A stretch of DNA of 64,000 nucleotides from Octopus bimaculoides. Its lineage: Eukaryota. Numbering within the stretch: the first letter of the stretch is position 1; each line of letters opens with the position of its first letter. The notes beneath the pieces were generated by a model. It was not told the origin of the DNA. It was given only the letters and a program-made list of their open reading frames with translations, and made no database searches. The position numbers and the translations under genes were made by a program. The stretch spans positions 178,467,308 to 178,531,307 of the forward strand of contig NC_068981.1 in assembly GCF_001194135.2 (NCBI RefSeq). The letters run 5' to 3'. Positions 1 through 13,090 of this stretch are shown here, piece after piece.

Positions 1-328
1 GTCAAACAAACAATTTTTTCAAGCATGTTTTTGGTTTTATAAAGCATATTCTCACTTTTCTATATTTTATATGTGGATATTATGTGTCAGAGGTTGTGAT
101 ATTAAAATTAGTGGATTACTGAACATGAGTCTTACATTTAACCAAACCTTGATACAAGTGTTGTTTATTCATAAGTGAGGAGAATCAAACCATGTACCTC
201 TTAAATTACAGTTGAGCGCTGTGTACCCTTAAACTAAGCAGCCGCAGTCTATATTGTTTTGTATTGTATGAAATAGTGATAGACATTCTAATCATTTATG
301 TTACTGTTTTTACAAATCATATTTTCAG

Positions 329-571
329 ACAATTGTTGGAACAGATATTGCAGATTTACTTCTTGAAGATCATGTACCAAATACATCTGATTATGGAGAC
401 GGTGAATCTAAAGCGGAGAGTGAAAGAGAAAGTACCCAGTCTCCAGCAACACAAGAGAACAGTGCTCTCCAAATGACAACTACCTCAGATAGAGTTTTAG
501 TAAACCGCAGCATGGACCTGAATGAAAAAACTGATCGGTTTAGAAATCTTTTACTGTATGGTAGGAAAAAG
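329..571 (+). CDS. SEC16: Sec16 exon 1 in window (central conserved domain)
   Basis: ttttcag acceptor, AAG|gtatat donor; TIVGTDIADLLLED...TDRFRNLLLYGRKK matches remembered SEC16A TVVGTDIAELLL...ERFRELLLYGRKK; 243 nt, phase 0-0. Confidence 0.95.
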
Positions 572-1667
572 GTATATAATTCATTTGTTCTCAATGGTTA
601 TTTTTTAGTCCATCCGAAATGAAAAACTATTTTTTGAAATAATTGTCAAGTTGGTAAATGATGGCTGTGATGAGATATTTTGTTTCTGCATTACTATTTT
701 TATTTTGTAAAGATTGTTATTGAAATTTATATAGCTGTTGACTTCAACTCAAGACTTGTTTCTTTAGTTTTCTGTTAGCAACCTCATATTATATCTCTTT
801 AAGTTTATCATTCAGTTTATTCAATTTCAGAGATAAAATGTTCTTCAATACTTTATGCTTTATTATTTTCATATACTGTATATACTTGTCATGTTCAACC
901 TCCATGCCTTTTATTTTTTCGCCTGACAATCATAGACTTATCGTTTACACTTTGTAATGTTCAAGTCTGGATTTTAAAGTCAGCAGTAGGAGATTCAGTA
1001 TGTGCAATTTGAATTTTTGTTATTCTAATATGTTTTCCATTAGTGTAAGCATAAGGAAAAACTGATTGTGTAGCCTCAGGCTTTCTTGGTGTATGCACTC
1101 CTTTTCCTCTTCTGTTATCTTTTTACTACTTCTAACTTTTATTCTAATGAGGCAGCCATTTGAAAATGCTTTCCTCACTGTTATCACTTGATTGAATATG
1201 CTTCAGAGGCATTATTTACTCCTTATTCACCCACAAGCATAGGGAAGATAAGTAGAGAGTATTGCTCTACTTGTCCTTTGCTTGAGATATGTTTCATGTG
1301 CACCTAGCAGAAACTGTTAAAGTTATCTGAGAAAGTAAAACTGATGTCACAGTTATTCCAAGTAGATTAACCAGTACTTCACAATCACTTGATATTTGGA
1401 TTTACAAACCATTTAATGATAGAATTAAAAAAAAAAAGTAAAATGACTGGATGATTAATGGGGAGAAAGTATTCAGAAGGGAGTGGTGCTGTGTGAGTGC
1501 CATGTTTTGTCTGTGTGGTGTACGCTTCTGCATGAGAGATGTGTAGGAAAATATCAATTAAAAAATTGTTATGAAATCTTTTCTATACAAATATAGATTT
1601 GGTATTTTGAAAATATTTTTTTATTTAAAACAAATCTAAATGAGACTTTATTTTTTTTTTTTTACAG

Positions 1668-1765
1668 GAAGCTTTACGATGGGCAACAAAAAATAATCTT
1701 TGGGGTCATGCCTTGTTTTTAGCCAGTAAAATGGATAACAGAACACATGCAGAAATTATGACAAA
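1668..1765 (+). CDS. SEC16: Sec16 exon 2
   Basis: T-tract acag / gtatgt; [32 protein letters not shown] (Sec16 [13 protein letters not shown] motif); phase 0-2. Confidence 0.96.
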
Positions 1766-2111
1766 GTATGTTTGATATTGTCGTTTTCTAATGAAATAAA
1801 ATTACTTTTATCCTAAATTAACAAGAGTAAAATTGTTGAATGACTTAACAAAATGTGTGATTGCTTGAGAGTAACAGTGCAGCAGTACAGCTGTAATAGT
1901 TTGGCTCCTATTATGGCATGGGCTTAACGTTTTAATTGATTCTGTATTAAAGAAAGTAAAAATGTAACNNNNNNNNNNACAAAAAAACAAACAAACTATC
2001 CTATCTACATAAATTTAATTATAATAACAATAAAAATAAAACGTCTAAGTCTTATGAGGTGAGATCGAGGTGGGAACTATTGTAGAGTTTTAGTTTTCAT
2101 ATTAATTCTTA

Positions 2112-2425
2112 TCATCATCGTCGTTGTTTAATGTCCGCTTTCCATGCTAGCATGGGTTGGACAATTTGACTGAGGACTGGTGAAACCGGATGGCAACACC
2201 AGGCTCCAATCTAATTTGGCAGAGTTTCTACAGCTGGATGCCCTTCCTAACGCCAACCACTCAGAGAGTGTAGTGGGTGCTTTTACGTGTCACCCGCACG
2301 AAAACGGCCACGCTCGAAATGGTGTCTTTTATGTGCCACCCGCACAAGCCAGTCCAGGGGCACTGGCAACGATCTCACTCGAAAATCCTACGGGAGCCAG
2401 TCAGGCGGTACTGGCAACGGCCACT
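2112..2425 (-). mobile_element. SINE family A (GAT-tailed)
   Basis: (CAT)n tail then gtttaa-gtccgctttccatgctagcatgggttgg...; recurs 8 or more times in the window. Confidence 0.9.
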
Positions 2426-3656
2426 ATATATACTAATATATACTTTTGTTATTTACACCACCTGTCCTCGTCTGTTGTTATTATTTGTATATTCTCCCAT
2501 ATATATATATATACATATATATATATGTATGTAAAGATTTCTATTTAATGATTTGTCTCTTTATAATGGAATTGTGGCATGTTTTCACAGCATTGTCTCA
2601 TCCCACTTTGTTCATGTAACAGTATGATATTCTATTAGATATAATATTTAGTAACCTCCATAGGACGTGGTTTCAAAATTACTATAGTGATATATTTCTG
2701 GACAGTACACTATAATTTACAGTATTTCAGTCCATACAGTTTTAGAAATAGAGATAGCATTCCTCTATCTTGAAAAGTTATCTGCATTGTACTAGCATCT
2801 TATCTAGAAGTAGATTTATTTATAATTTCCTTCAGGCCATGAAACCAGAACTTGTCATCAGTTCATAGAATCTCCATGGGTCTTTAAGAGAGATATACAG
2901 TTCTGAATTAAAATTTTGGCAGAGTTTTGTTTGCCTTTTATTCCTTTGTAGCCTGTAATATAAGTATAATTGATATTGGCATTGATTCCTTGCAAAAGTG
3001 TTTAAAATGGAAATTTCAGTTCTCTTACTTCTGAATTCAAATCCTCATTATGTTGAGTTTGCCTTTTACCTCTCCAAGGGCAATAAAATTGTCTGTTAAA
3101 TCCTGGCCACTTCAGTTGATGAATGTCTCTGTCCCTTGATGACCAGTTAGAGTATATTGAAATTTCCAAGAAATTTGAAGTGTTACATTGAAATATTAGC
3201 TGGAAATAACTGACAGCAAAGAATTTGAAATATCCCATTGAAATTTTATGAAGCAAACAACAGTGTTCTAAGTATAGTATTAAAGATAGATAGTCAGATA
3301 GCTAGATAGAGCAATATACACTTCTCTTTACTCCCCCATTAACAGTTTTTTTTCTAATTGCCTTTCTCATGTACCTTTCTCTCTCATGTACAAAGTAGCA
3401 GAATGATAGAGAAAATGGTAACATTTTTAGAGGTCCTCAAATATTTACATAATAATAAAGTTCGTAAATGTTATATTTGTAGAGATGTAATTCTTAAGAA
3501 ATATATTATTGATCTCTAGAAATAATGTATTTTAGCTTGTTTAATGCAATACAAGGCAGATGATCAAAAGTTTACCATGAATATATATGAACGATGTGAA
3601 TGAATATGAGCTTTGTTGATCAGATTAATAGAGTTAGGCTTATAATAATGATAAAC

Positions 3657-3861
3657 CTTTCTACTATAGGCACAACGCCTGAAATTTGGGGTAGGGGGCT
3701 AGTCAATTTCATTGATCCCAGTATTCAACTGGTACTTATTTTATCGACCGAAAAGGATGAAAGGTAAAGCTGATCTCTATGGAATTTGAACTCAGAACAT
3801 AAAGCCAGAAGAAATGCTGCTAAGCATTTTGTCTGGCATGCTAACAATTCTACCACCTGAC
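3657..3861 (-). mobile_element. SINE family C (CORE-like, OR-type), diverged
   Basis: reverse complement of the 10079-10308 element body (aaaggatgaaagg...gaatttgaactcagaac). Confidence 0.8.
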
Positions 3862-3866
3862 TGTAC

Positions 3867-3899
<33 letters not shown>

Positions 3900-4651
3900 T
3901 TATTTCTTATATAGGTACAAGGCCTAAAATTTGGGAGAATTGAGGTTTTGTTGATTAAATTAAGTTAATATTTGATTGGTACTTTTATTGATCATTGTGA
4001 GATGATGAGGGCAAAGTTGACCTTGGTGGGATTTGAACAAATATTACAAGGCATTTCATCTGACACTCTAACAATACTGCTAACTGAACACCCTAATTAT
4101 AAGAACAACAGCAACAATAATAATGTTGATGATAGAAATAATTAAGTTAAAAAAGACAAGGGACAAAATCATTATGATCACATTGTTGTTGCATTTTTTC
4201 ATATTGTCTTGTATAAGACAAATGTGTAACAGCAAATCTTTATTCATTTTCAGTCTTATGACACCCAGTACATGAGACACGACATTCCCAAATATGGTTT
4301 TATCACTTTCTTCACATGTCTTTTGCTGCTACATTGGGTCTCCTCTATTGTCATCTCATAATAATTTTCCACTCAGCACACAGTTTTAATTTCCATTACA
4401 TGTCTGTGAGACCTTAGCTAGATCTCTTAGATTCTTGAACCAGTATTTTTTGATGTTCATGCAAATCTGTTTGAAGAGCAGAAACTGTTTAAAATGATAG
4501 GTTAATAAATATCGGAATATTATTGTATATTTAATAAATTATGATAATAGCAATCAAGGCTGATTTTCAATAGTAATGTAATATATTTTTGCTGTTTCGC
4601 TAAGACTGTCTCCGCATTTCTCACAATGAATTTACTTTACTTTTATATTAG

Positions 4652-4736
4652 GTTTGCTAACAGTGCTATTAAAATGAATGATCCCCTGCAGACTTTGTAT
4701 CAGCTTATGTCAGGTCGGCAACCTGCTTCTGTTACT
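4652..4736 (+). CDS. SEC16: Sec16 exon 3
   Basis: ttag / gtaagt; FANSAIKMNDPLQTLYQLMSGRQPASVT (NDPLQTxYQLMSGR motif); phase 2-0. Confidence 0.96.
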
Positions 4737-4907
4737 GTAAGTCCACTGAAATTCATAATTTAACCATTTAGTGTTATTCTTGTAATTGTTTCCTTATTAA
4801 TGTCCTTTTGCAAATTTCATAATTAACATTTTGTTATTTAGTTAATGCAAAAACAAAAACAGCTTTTTATAGATAACCTTGTTAAAATATTATTTTATTT
4901 AACACAG

Positions 4908-5025
4908 AGTCTTTGTGATGATGCTTGGGGTGATTGGCGGCCCCATTTAGCTATGATGCTGTCTAATCATTCCATGAGACCTGATCATGACAAGAAGAGT
5001 ATCATTACCTTAGGTGATACTTTAG
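4908..5025 (+). CDS. SEC16: Sec16 exon 4
   Basis: acag / gtaagt; SLCDDAWGDWRPHLAMMLSN...IITLGDTL (WGDWRPHLAM motif); phase 0-1. Confidence 0.96.
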
Positions 5026-5053
5026 GTAAGTTGAATTATTTTTGTTATATATG

Positions 5054-5180
5054 CAGGGTGTCCACAAGGTCTGGGTACATGGAGTAAATAAAATCATAGC
5101 ATAAACAATTAAATATAAGAAATAATAATTTCTTAAAGTATGTGTTAATCCCCATGTACCCAGACTTTGTGGACACCCTG
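5054..5180. mobile_element. Tc1/mariner-type MITE, 127 bp
   Basis: TIRs cagggtgtccacaaggtctgggtacatgg / ccatgtacccagactttgtggacaccctg; TA on the right, TG on the left. Confidence 0.88.
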
Positions 5181-5329
5181 TATAAAACCTAAGGATGTGG
5201 CTATAGAAATATTTTAGTTACTGTTTGCTATTATTCTTTAGGTCAGGTAATCTTAACAATCATTTTAGAGTATGAATGATAAAAATTACAAGTTTACAAA
5301 CCTTGTATATATATTTTTCTCTCTTGCAG

Positions 5330-5441
5330 CTGCTAAGGGCTTTCTTCATGCCAGTCATTTCTGTTATTTGATGGCACAAGTTCACTTTGGCACTTACTCA
5401 AAAAAGACATCAAAGATTGTCCTCATTGGTTCATCTCACAG
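5330..5441 (+). CDS. SEC16: Sec16 exon 5
   Basis: gcag / gtaata; AKGFLHASHFCYLMAQVHFGTYSKKTSKIVLIGSSH; phase 1-2. Confidence 0.96.
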
Positions 5442-5539
5442 GTAATAATATATTGTTAATATTCTTATATATATGTTATCTATACGTAAGTATGTGTCTT
5501 AAAATGTTGCTTATAATTTTTATTCAATATATTTCCTAG

Positions 5540-5645
5540 TTTATCTTTGAAAGAGTTTGCAACCAATGAAGCCATTCAATGCACTGAAATATTTGAATAT
5601 GCCCAGTCTTTGGGGAACCCTCACTATTTTTTACCTTCTTTTCAA
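5540..5645 (+). CDS. SEC16: Sec16 exon 6
   Basis: ctag / gtaagt; [35 protein letters not shown]; phase 2-0. Confidence 0.96.
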
Positions 5646-6282
5646 GTAAGTACTTCCATATGCATTTCTAAAACTCTCATTTTGTCTTATGTTTCTGTTT
5701 TATGTCTGTACTTTTTGTGAAATGATATTTTTCCCATTTTGTGCTTTCAAGATGAAAATTTGTTCTCTTAGCTTCTTCCCTTCATCACACCTCTAGCTCA
5801 GTTAAATAAAAATTATATCTTGTAAACCACTAAACTAGTTTGTGGTTTTTAGCTTTTAACTATTCCACAATGTTGCCCATACTGCTCTATATAGTAAGTT
5901 TTAAAAGTTCCTTCTCTTTTTTCTAGGATATGGTATAGTTTTGCAATACTTAATACTATATCTATTCTACTTTCCTTTTACTTTTGACATTGTTGACTTT
6001 TATTAAAACATCAGTCTTGATCTATTTCTAGATTTTAGACTTCTTTAATGTCTACTCCCATTAGTTTATGTTATATAAAATCTAAGGTATTGGTTCTTGT
6101 ACTACCATAGATAATTTTTCTATTCTAAAAAGTGACTAATTCTGTCGGATGTGATTTATTATACTGAAATTAAGGAGAGTAGCTTTATGTTATTTTAATG
6201 TAAGTATTGAATGAAAATTTTACGGTCCTTTGTTTGGAAAACTGTGACTTGTTAATGTTGTATTTTGTAATTTTCTTTTTAG

Positions 6283-6336
6283 CCATACAAATTATTATAT
6301 GCCTGTCGCCTAGCAGAGTATGGATTGACCCAAGAG
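6283..6336 (+). CDS. SEC16: Sec16 exon 7
   Basis: tttag / gtaggt; PYKLLYACRLAEYGLTQE; phase 0-0. Confidence 0.95.
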
Positions 6337-6646
6337 GTAGGTTTTGACTCTTGTAGATATAAAGTTTTAGTGCATGCTTTGTTTTCAATTAAAGTATATT
6401 CCTCATTTGGCAATATTGAATATCAGTTGAATTAAAGAATTTTATTTGATTACAATCCATCATTTAGAAACAGTAACTTGTAAGAAAAGTGTTAATTACA
6501 AGCTAAAATGAAAGGGGTGTATTTATACTTTGATAGATATGAAAGCGAGAAAAGTTTTATAATTAATACTTTATGTCACTGTACCATGTTTAGATGAAAT
6601 CATTCTGGGATTTCAACTCTGTTATATTTTCAATGTCAATATAAGT

Positions 6647-6694
<48 letters not shown>

Positions 6695-8184
6695 AAACAC
6701 GCATATATAAATAAAAGACAAGACATAAATATGTCATAGAAATTTGTAATGGCCATTATTTATGCCTTGTCTTGTATATCACTCTGTGTAAAAATCAGTA
6801 TAACTGGAACACAACCATGGATTTACAATATAGAATGGTGATGAACGATAACCTCGGACCCTGCCACAAGAATATGCAGAGTTCTTTACTAACCAAAACA
6901 ATATTGTTGTCCTGGTGTACTAAAAGAGAGCTGGATTAATAACTTTGTTTTATTTATATATATATGTATGTGTGTGTGTGTGTTCAGTTGTTTTTCTTTT
7001 ATATCCAATTTTTTTCATGCTAGCATAGTTTAAATGAATATAATAGTGAAGTGTTGTTTTAAGGGCTGGATGACCTCTGTTTTACCTACTTTCAAGTAAG
7101 GGATCTCTTATTTTACCTGTCTTCAAAGGCACCACATGAGCAGACAAATTGTTGGCAGAGGTGATGATGAGCAACATTGCTTGTAACCCACGGTTTTTGT
7201 GGGGTGCAAATGTAAGCACCTCCCCCCAACATTTTAAAAAATTTCTGCCTACAAATTCACTCACAACGTTTGGTCTTCCTGGGCTAAAATAGAAAACACT
7301 TATCCAAAATGCTGCTCTGTGGGACCAAACTTGAAACCGTGGGGATGAGAAGCAAACTTTTTTAACCACATCACACTTTATATAAAGATAGTTTTATATA
7401 AAAATGACTGAGTGGTTAATTCAGTATACATATACAGGGTTGGTGTGTTTATGTATCTCTAACTTAGCAGTTTGGCAAAAGTGATCAATAGAATAAGTAT
7501 CAGACTTTCAAAAAATAAGTACTGTGGTTGATTTGTTTGACTAAAATTATTCAAGGCAATGCTCCAGTATGTCCACAGTCTAATGACTGAAACAAGTAAA
7601 AGACACACACACACACACACACACACATGCATGCATACATATGCATACATATGCATACACTGAATTGATTCAATAAATGGCACATCTCTTCTGTCAAAAT
7701 TTAGGCATAAACAAAAAAATTAGTTTGATAAAGCAAAATATAAAAATAGTTATATTTTTCTCTGAAATTGGAATAAAATGTCTTTTCAGGTATTTCTAAT
7801 GTTTTTGTTTTTATGTTTAAATATTTGGCAGCCTGTCTTATTATCTAGGATATAGAGATGACTATAGGAGTAAACTAAGGCAATGACTGCATAATCTTTT
7901 ACACAAATTCCGTTTAACTGTTCATGTTTTATGGCAACAATTGAAAATACAAAAATCAAAAAAAAAAAGTTTAATCATTAAAATACTCCTACTCCCTCCC
8001 CCGTTTCTATATAAATATATGTTTAATATAGATTGTGAAACATGAAGACATCTGAATCGTCACATTTTGAAATGTAGCATACTAATGAAATAGAAATGTA
8101 GGAATATTGTGTAAGAATAGTAAAACTTCATATCTGGAACATTAAATTATCGATAATGGTGTTGTATTTTAAATTTTTCTACAG

Positions 8185-8271
8185 GCATTGCATTACTGTG
8201 AAGTGATAACATTATCTGTGATAAGTAACCCAGTTTACTATCAGTTAACTGTGGTTAAGGTGCTAAATGAG
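8185..8271 (+). CDS. SEC16: Sec16 exon 8
   Basis: acag / gtaagt; ALHYCEVITLSVISNPVYYQLTVVKVLNE (AxHYCE motif); phase 0-0. Confidence 0.94.
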
Positions 8272-8399
8272 GTAAGTTTTTGCATCATTAACTTCATTTT
8301 TCTGCATCATAATTTATCAATTTATTCTTGTATATTTAGAATAGAATTTCTTTTAATTTGACATGCCTCAAACTTTGTGTTGTCTTCAAAATTAAAGTA

Positions 8400-8840
8400 T
8401 TGGTTCATCCCATAAATAATATGGTTTTTTTTTTAATACTTCTTTTATATTTCAAAATTAAGATAAACAAAGTTCTTTTTTAATCTAAAATATACTCTCC
8501 TTCATTTTCTACAATGCTCTTTCATCTATCTAGTAGACTTGCATGGCCCCTCTTCCAAAATTCACTTGTCTGTGATGAAAAATACTCCTCCAGTACTGTT
8601 CTGATCTCGCCTACAGAATTCATATTTTTCTGTCCAAATGATTTTGAAGACTGTGGAATAATTGATAATCAGATAGGGCAATGTCTGGTGAATATGGTAG
8701 GTTGGACATCGTTTCCCATTCAAATTGCTCCAGCCTTTGGAATGTCATCCTTGCTGTATGTGGCTGAGCATTATCCTGATGGAAGAACACCTTTTGTCTT
8801 GAAACCAAAGATGGTCATTTTTCTTCTAGCACTGACTTTG
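8400..8840 (-). mobile_element. mariner (DD34D) 3' fragment with TIR
   Basis: HQDNAQPH...YSPDIALSDY with D34D spacing; TA|ttggttcatcccataaataat terminal repeat. Confidence 0.92.
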
Positions 8841-9100
8841 AAGTCAATAAATGTCCAGACTTTGCAAATGATTGTGAAGGACCAGAGAATTTGATATAAT
8901 CGTATTTCCAGGCTTTTTCTTACAGTTTTATCATCATTTCAAAAGCCTTTCTTAAATTTCAATTGAAGTTCAGTCAGGAAGCTTAGGCTGAATTTAAAAA
9001 AAAGTTTCTGGTTATGGGAGAGTTGTTCCCAAAGTAATAGTTTCTTTTTCAGGAAAACCTAAGTAAAAAATATGAATTTGTTAATGGTTTTTTTTTGTAG

Positions 9101-9205
9101 ATCTCCAATCGCCTGAAGTGTTATGATCCTCAGCATTTACAGCAAGGAGATATGTCTGATCCAGTTTGGTTACAACAGTTGGGAAACATCTGTAAAAACT
9201 TTGAA
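9101..9205 (+). CDS. SEC16: Sec16 exon 9
   Basis: ttttgtag / gttagt; ISNRLKCYDPQHLQQGDMSDPVWLQQLGNICKNFE (cf. remembered QLRLFDPQ...PTWL); phase 0-0. Confidence 0.93.
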
Positions 9206-9508
9206 GTTAGTAAAAGTTTTTGTTATAAATTTTTGTAGTTCTTCTCTGTCACAGCCAACTAGATAGAACCAGTAAAAGACTTAAATATTTTTAATCTGTA
9301 ACAAATAATATATATTTTTTAAATATTTGTACTTTCTATTAACATAAAAAATTTAATGCTTTTTTCACAAAATCTAAATTTACCAATGATATTGTAAGTA
9401 CCAAATTGAACCTGAAAATAGAAACATACAATGCTCTTCATTGTTAATCTATAAATTTTCTAGTTTCTTCCTATCATTTTATAAAGAAATATATTATATT
9501 TGAAATTA

Positions 9509-9838
9509 TACTCTTTTACTCTTTTACTTGTTTCAGTCATTTGACTGTGGCCATGCTGGAGCACCACCTTTAGTCGAGCAAATCGACCCCAGGACTTATT
9601 CTTTGGAAGCCTAGTATTTATTCTATCGGTCTCTTTTGCCGAACCGCTAAGTTACGGGGACATAAACACGCCAGCATCGGTTGTCAAGCGATGTTGGGGG
9701 ACAAACACAGACATACAAACACATACACACATACATATATATATACATATATACGACAGGCTTCTTTCAGTTTCCGTCTACCAAATCCACTCACAAGGCT
9801 TTGGTCGGCCCGAGGCTATAGTAGAATACACTTTCCCA
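9509..9838 (-). mobile_element. SINE family B (tRNA-derived, internal microsatellite)
   Basis: matches the + copy at 51867; runs into an assembly gap. Confidence 0.88.
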
Positions 9839-10078
9839 NNNNNNNNNNNNNNNNNNNNNNNNNNNNNNNNNNNNNNNNNNNNNNNNNNNNNNNNNNNNNN
9901 NNNNNNNNNNNNNNNNNNNNNNNNNNNNNNNNNNNNNNNNNNNNNNNNNNNNNNNNNNNNNNNNNNNNNNNNNNNNNNNNNNNNNNNNNNNNNNNNNNNN
10001 NNNNNNNNNNNNNNNGCCTGTAAACATTTTTTGAAGATTCGGGTGAAAGTACTATATTTAATAGAAATATTTCATTAA

Positions 10079-10308
10079 AGCGGTGAGCTGGCAGAAACGT
10101 GAGCACGCTGAACAAAATGCTTAGCGGTATTTCATTTGTGTTACGTTCTGTGTTCAAATTCCGCCGAGGTCGACTTTGCCTTTCATCCTTTCGGGGTCGA
10201 TAAATTAAGTACCAGTTACGCACTGGGGTCGATGTAATCGACTTAATCCCTTTGTCTGTCCTTGTTTGTCCCCTCTACGTTTAGCCCCTTGTGGGCAATA
10301 GAGAAATA
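10079..10308 (+). mobile_element. SINE family C, young copy with 16-bp TSD
   Basis: TSD agaaatatttcattaa at 10063-10078 and 10309-10324; tRNA-like head with B-box-like gttcaaattcc. Confidence 0.93.
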
Positions 10309-10365
10309 AGAAATATTTCATTAATATATTGTTGATTATTATCATTTTTGACTTTCCATTCACAG

Positions 10366-10738
10366 GAAGGCGCAATACAGCCATTATCTGGTTCTGCTAC
10401 ACCATTAGGACCCCAAACAACGGCAACTAGCAGTGAAAGTGGAGAAGTGGCAAATTACCTAAATAATATGCAAGATTCTTTGGTGTCTGGCTATTCACAA
10501 GGAGCAATGGGAAGTTATATTCAAGATCCACAATGGGGTGCACCTAGTATCTCAGCCGAGGCTGGTTACAGTGGAGAGCAACATCAACATCAGCCTTTTC
10601 TTGAACAGCATTTATCTAATAATAATTATTTTAACAATTCAGTTAGTGCACAACAACACTCTCAGCAACAAGTACTACAACATCAACAGCAATATCAGCA
10701 ACAACTAAATGGTCAACAGCAGTTTCATGGAAATGCTG
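10366..10738 (+). CDS. SEC16: Sec16 exon 10 (Q/N/S/G-rich low complexity)
   Basis: cacag / gtaaat; lies in ORF-track ORF 10348-10863; EGAIQPLSGSATP...QQQFHGNA; phase 0-1 fits both neighbours. Confidence 0.9.
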
Positions 10739-10973
10739 GTAAATACCTACAAACAGTTTTCTTTCGTACCATTTTAATTACACTTCTTCTAAATACATTG
10801 AAACACTCTGCATTGTTAATCAGATTTGTTTGCACAATCTCTTTATCATCATTACTAATATAATATTAATGCCTCTTTTGATAGCCATAAAGACACTAGA
10901 TTATATATATACACACAGATGTGTGTGTATAAACCTTTGTAGTAGAAATATAAACATGGCAAATTTAACTATC

Positions 10974-11335
10974 ATCATCATCATCATCATCATCATTTAA
11001 TGTCTGCTTTCCATGCTAGCATGGGTTGGACGATTTGACTGAGGACTGGTGAACCGGATGGCTGCACCAGGCTCCAATCTGATCTGGCAGAGTTTCTACA
11101 GCTGGATGCCCTTCCTAACGCCAACCACTCCGAGAGTGTAGTGGGTGCTTTTAAGTGCCACCTGCACGAGGGCCAGTCACACGGTACTGGCAACGGCCAC
11201 GCTCAAAATGGTGTTTTTTTACACGCCACCTGCTCAGGAGCCAGTCCAGCAGCACTGGCAACGACCTTGCTTGAATGATTTTCTAAATGTGCCACCGGCA
11301 CAAGTGCCAGTAAGGCGACGCTGGTAACGATCATG
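10974..11335 (-). mobile_element. SINE family A
   Basis: (CAT)n tail plus family A body. Confidence 0.9.
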
Positions 11336-11690
11336 CCCAAAAATTGAAAAACAATGATGAACACCTTTAATTGATTTTTGAACCTTAGTGCGTTCTCATC
11401 AGAGGTGTCTACATCATTTAACCAATCCCAGAGAAATAAGCAGCCTGTCTTTTTATGTATACAACAAATCCAGTGGATTCAGAGAACTGTTTATATATTC
11501 TGGCTGTAAAACCAAACCAAAATGATATGCAAATGGGATGATGTCTCTCAATACATGCACACTGACTGTAATGACCTGTTCAACTTATGCCAGCATGCAA
11601 AGCAAATGAAATGATGGTTTATACACATACACTAAGTTATCTCATATATATGCTAGATTACTTTGTGTGTGTGTATATATNNNNNNNNNN

Positions 11691-12565
11691 GAGAGGATGC
11701 AATGGATAAATTGTTGCCATTTTATATTTATAATTTTGCGCATGCGCATTGTTTGTTTTTGATTTTGTGTACTACACAGTATAGTAGGATCAGTTGGGCA
11801 CAGTCTGTGAGAAAAACAGCACCATGATGCAATTCACTCTACCAGAAATTTTGAAATGACATACTGTACTGCTTAGCATTCATGCTGGAAGCTGCAATAC
11901 AAACATTTCAGAGTGTTTGGGTGTCAATCTGAGGACAGTGCTGAGAGTGATAAAAATCAAACATCCAATCAGCATCATGGTGTTTGGAGTGATCATTAGT
12001 GATTGGCGACATTATGCCTCCATTTATCTTCCCACACGGCCTCAGAGTCAACACGGAGGCCTATATCAAGTGCCTGGAGAAGGTAGTGCTGCTCTGGCTC
12101 AAGAGGATGACTGCTGGAAGACCCTATGTCTGGCAACAGGACTCTGCAGCATGCCACACAAGCAGGAGAACCTAGTTATGGCTGTCAGATAATTTCTGCG
12201 ACCACATCACCCCTACCATCTGGCCACCTAACTCCCTAGACTGCCACTGCCTTGATTATTATGTGTGGGGCGCAGTTGAGCGAGAGATCAACAAAACTCT
12301 TTGTAACACCAAAGATGAACTGAAGGCAAGGATTATGGCCGCATTCACCAACTTAAATGAGGAGACTGTCCAGAAGAGTTGCAGGAGATCCTGAAGTCGT
12401 CTGGAGGCCATGGTTGAAGCCAATGGCGATTTTATTGAATAAATTTACTCTTTAGTATTTCAAGATATTTTTATGTACTTTTGGTAAATATATCTGCGAA
12501 AATGAGATGTCAGTGTTATTTTAATTTTTGTGTAATTTAGATGATAGTATATTCACCGCATCCTG
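11691..12565 (+). mobile_element. maT / DD37D Tc1-mariner transposon, decayed
   Basis: WQQDSAACH...WPPNSLDCHCLDYYVW with D37D spacing; stops and frameshifts; right end ttcaccgcatcctg|TA. Confidence 0.9.
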
Positions 12566-12967
12566 TANNNNNNNNNNNNNNNNNNNNNNNNNNNNNNNNN
12601 NNNNNNNNNNNNNNNNNNNNNNNNNNNNNNNNNNNNNNNNNNNNNNNNNNNNNNNNNNNNNNNNNNNNNNNNNNNNNNNNNNNNNNNNNNNNNNNNNNNN
12701 NNNNNNNNNNNNNNNNNNNNNNNNNNNNNNNNNNNNNNNNNNNNNNNNNNNNNNNNNNNNNNNNNNNNNNNNNNNNNNNNNNNNNNNNNNNNNNNNNNNN
12801 NNNNNNNNNNNNNNNNNNNNNNNNNNNNNNNNNNNNNNNNNNNNNNNNNNNNNNNNNNNNNNNNNNNNNNNNNNNNNNNNNNNNNNNNNNGGAAGTCTTG
12901 CCTTATACATCCCCAACTCTCCATTTTCTTACCTTATTAATAATAATAATAATAATATATATATATA

Positions 12968-13090
12968 TTCTTTTGTTTGTTTCAGTCATATGACTGCAGC
13001 CATGCTGGAGCAGTGCCTTTAGTCGAACAAATTGACCCCAGGACTTATTCTTTGTTAGCCTAGTACTTATTCTATCGGTATCTTTTGCTG
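12968..13090 (-). mobile_element. SINE family B 3' fragment
   Basis: tttgtttcagtcat-tgactgc-gccatgctggagc... as at 9530. Confidence 0.85.

Noticed and set aside
226-234. U12-type branch-site-like cccttaaac
   Set aside because: About 95 nt from the acceptor, imperfect, and the matching donor is outside the window
2180-2548. Recurrent ORFs MKPDGNTRLQSDLAEFLQLDALP... (also 17823, 21869, 29032, 31631) suggesting a small protein family
   Set aside because: They are antisense translations of SINE family A copies, with alternative starts and variable ends
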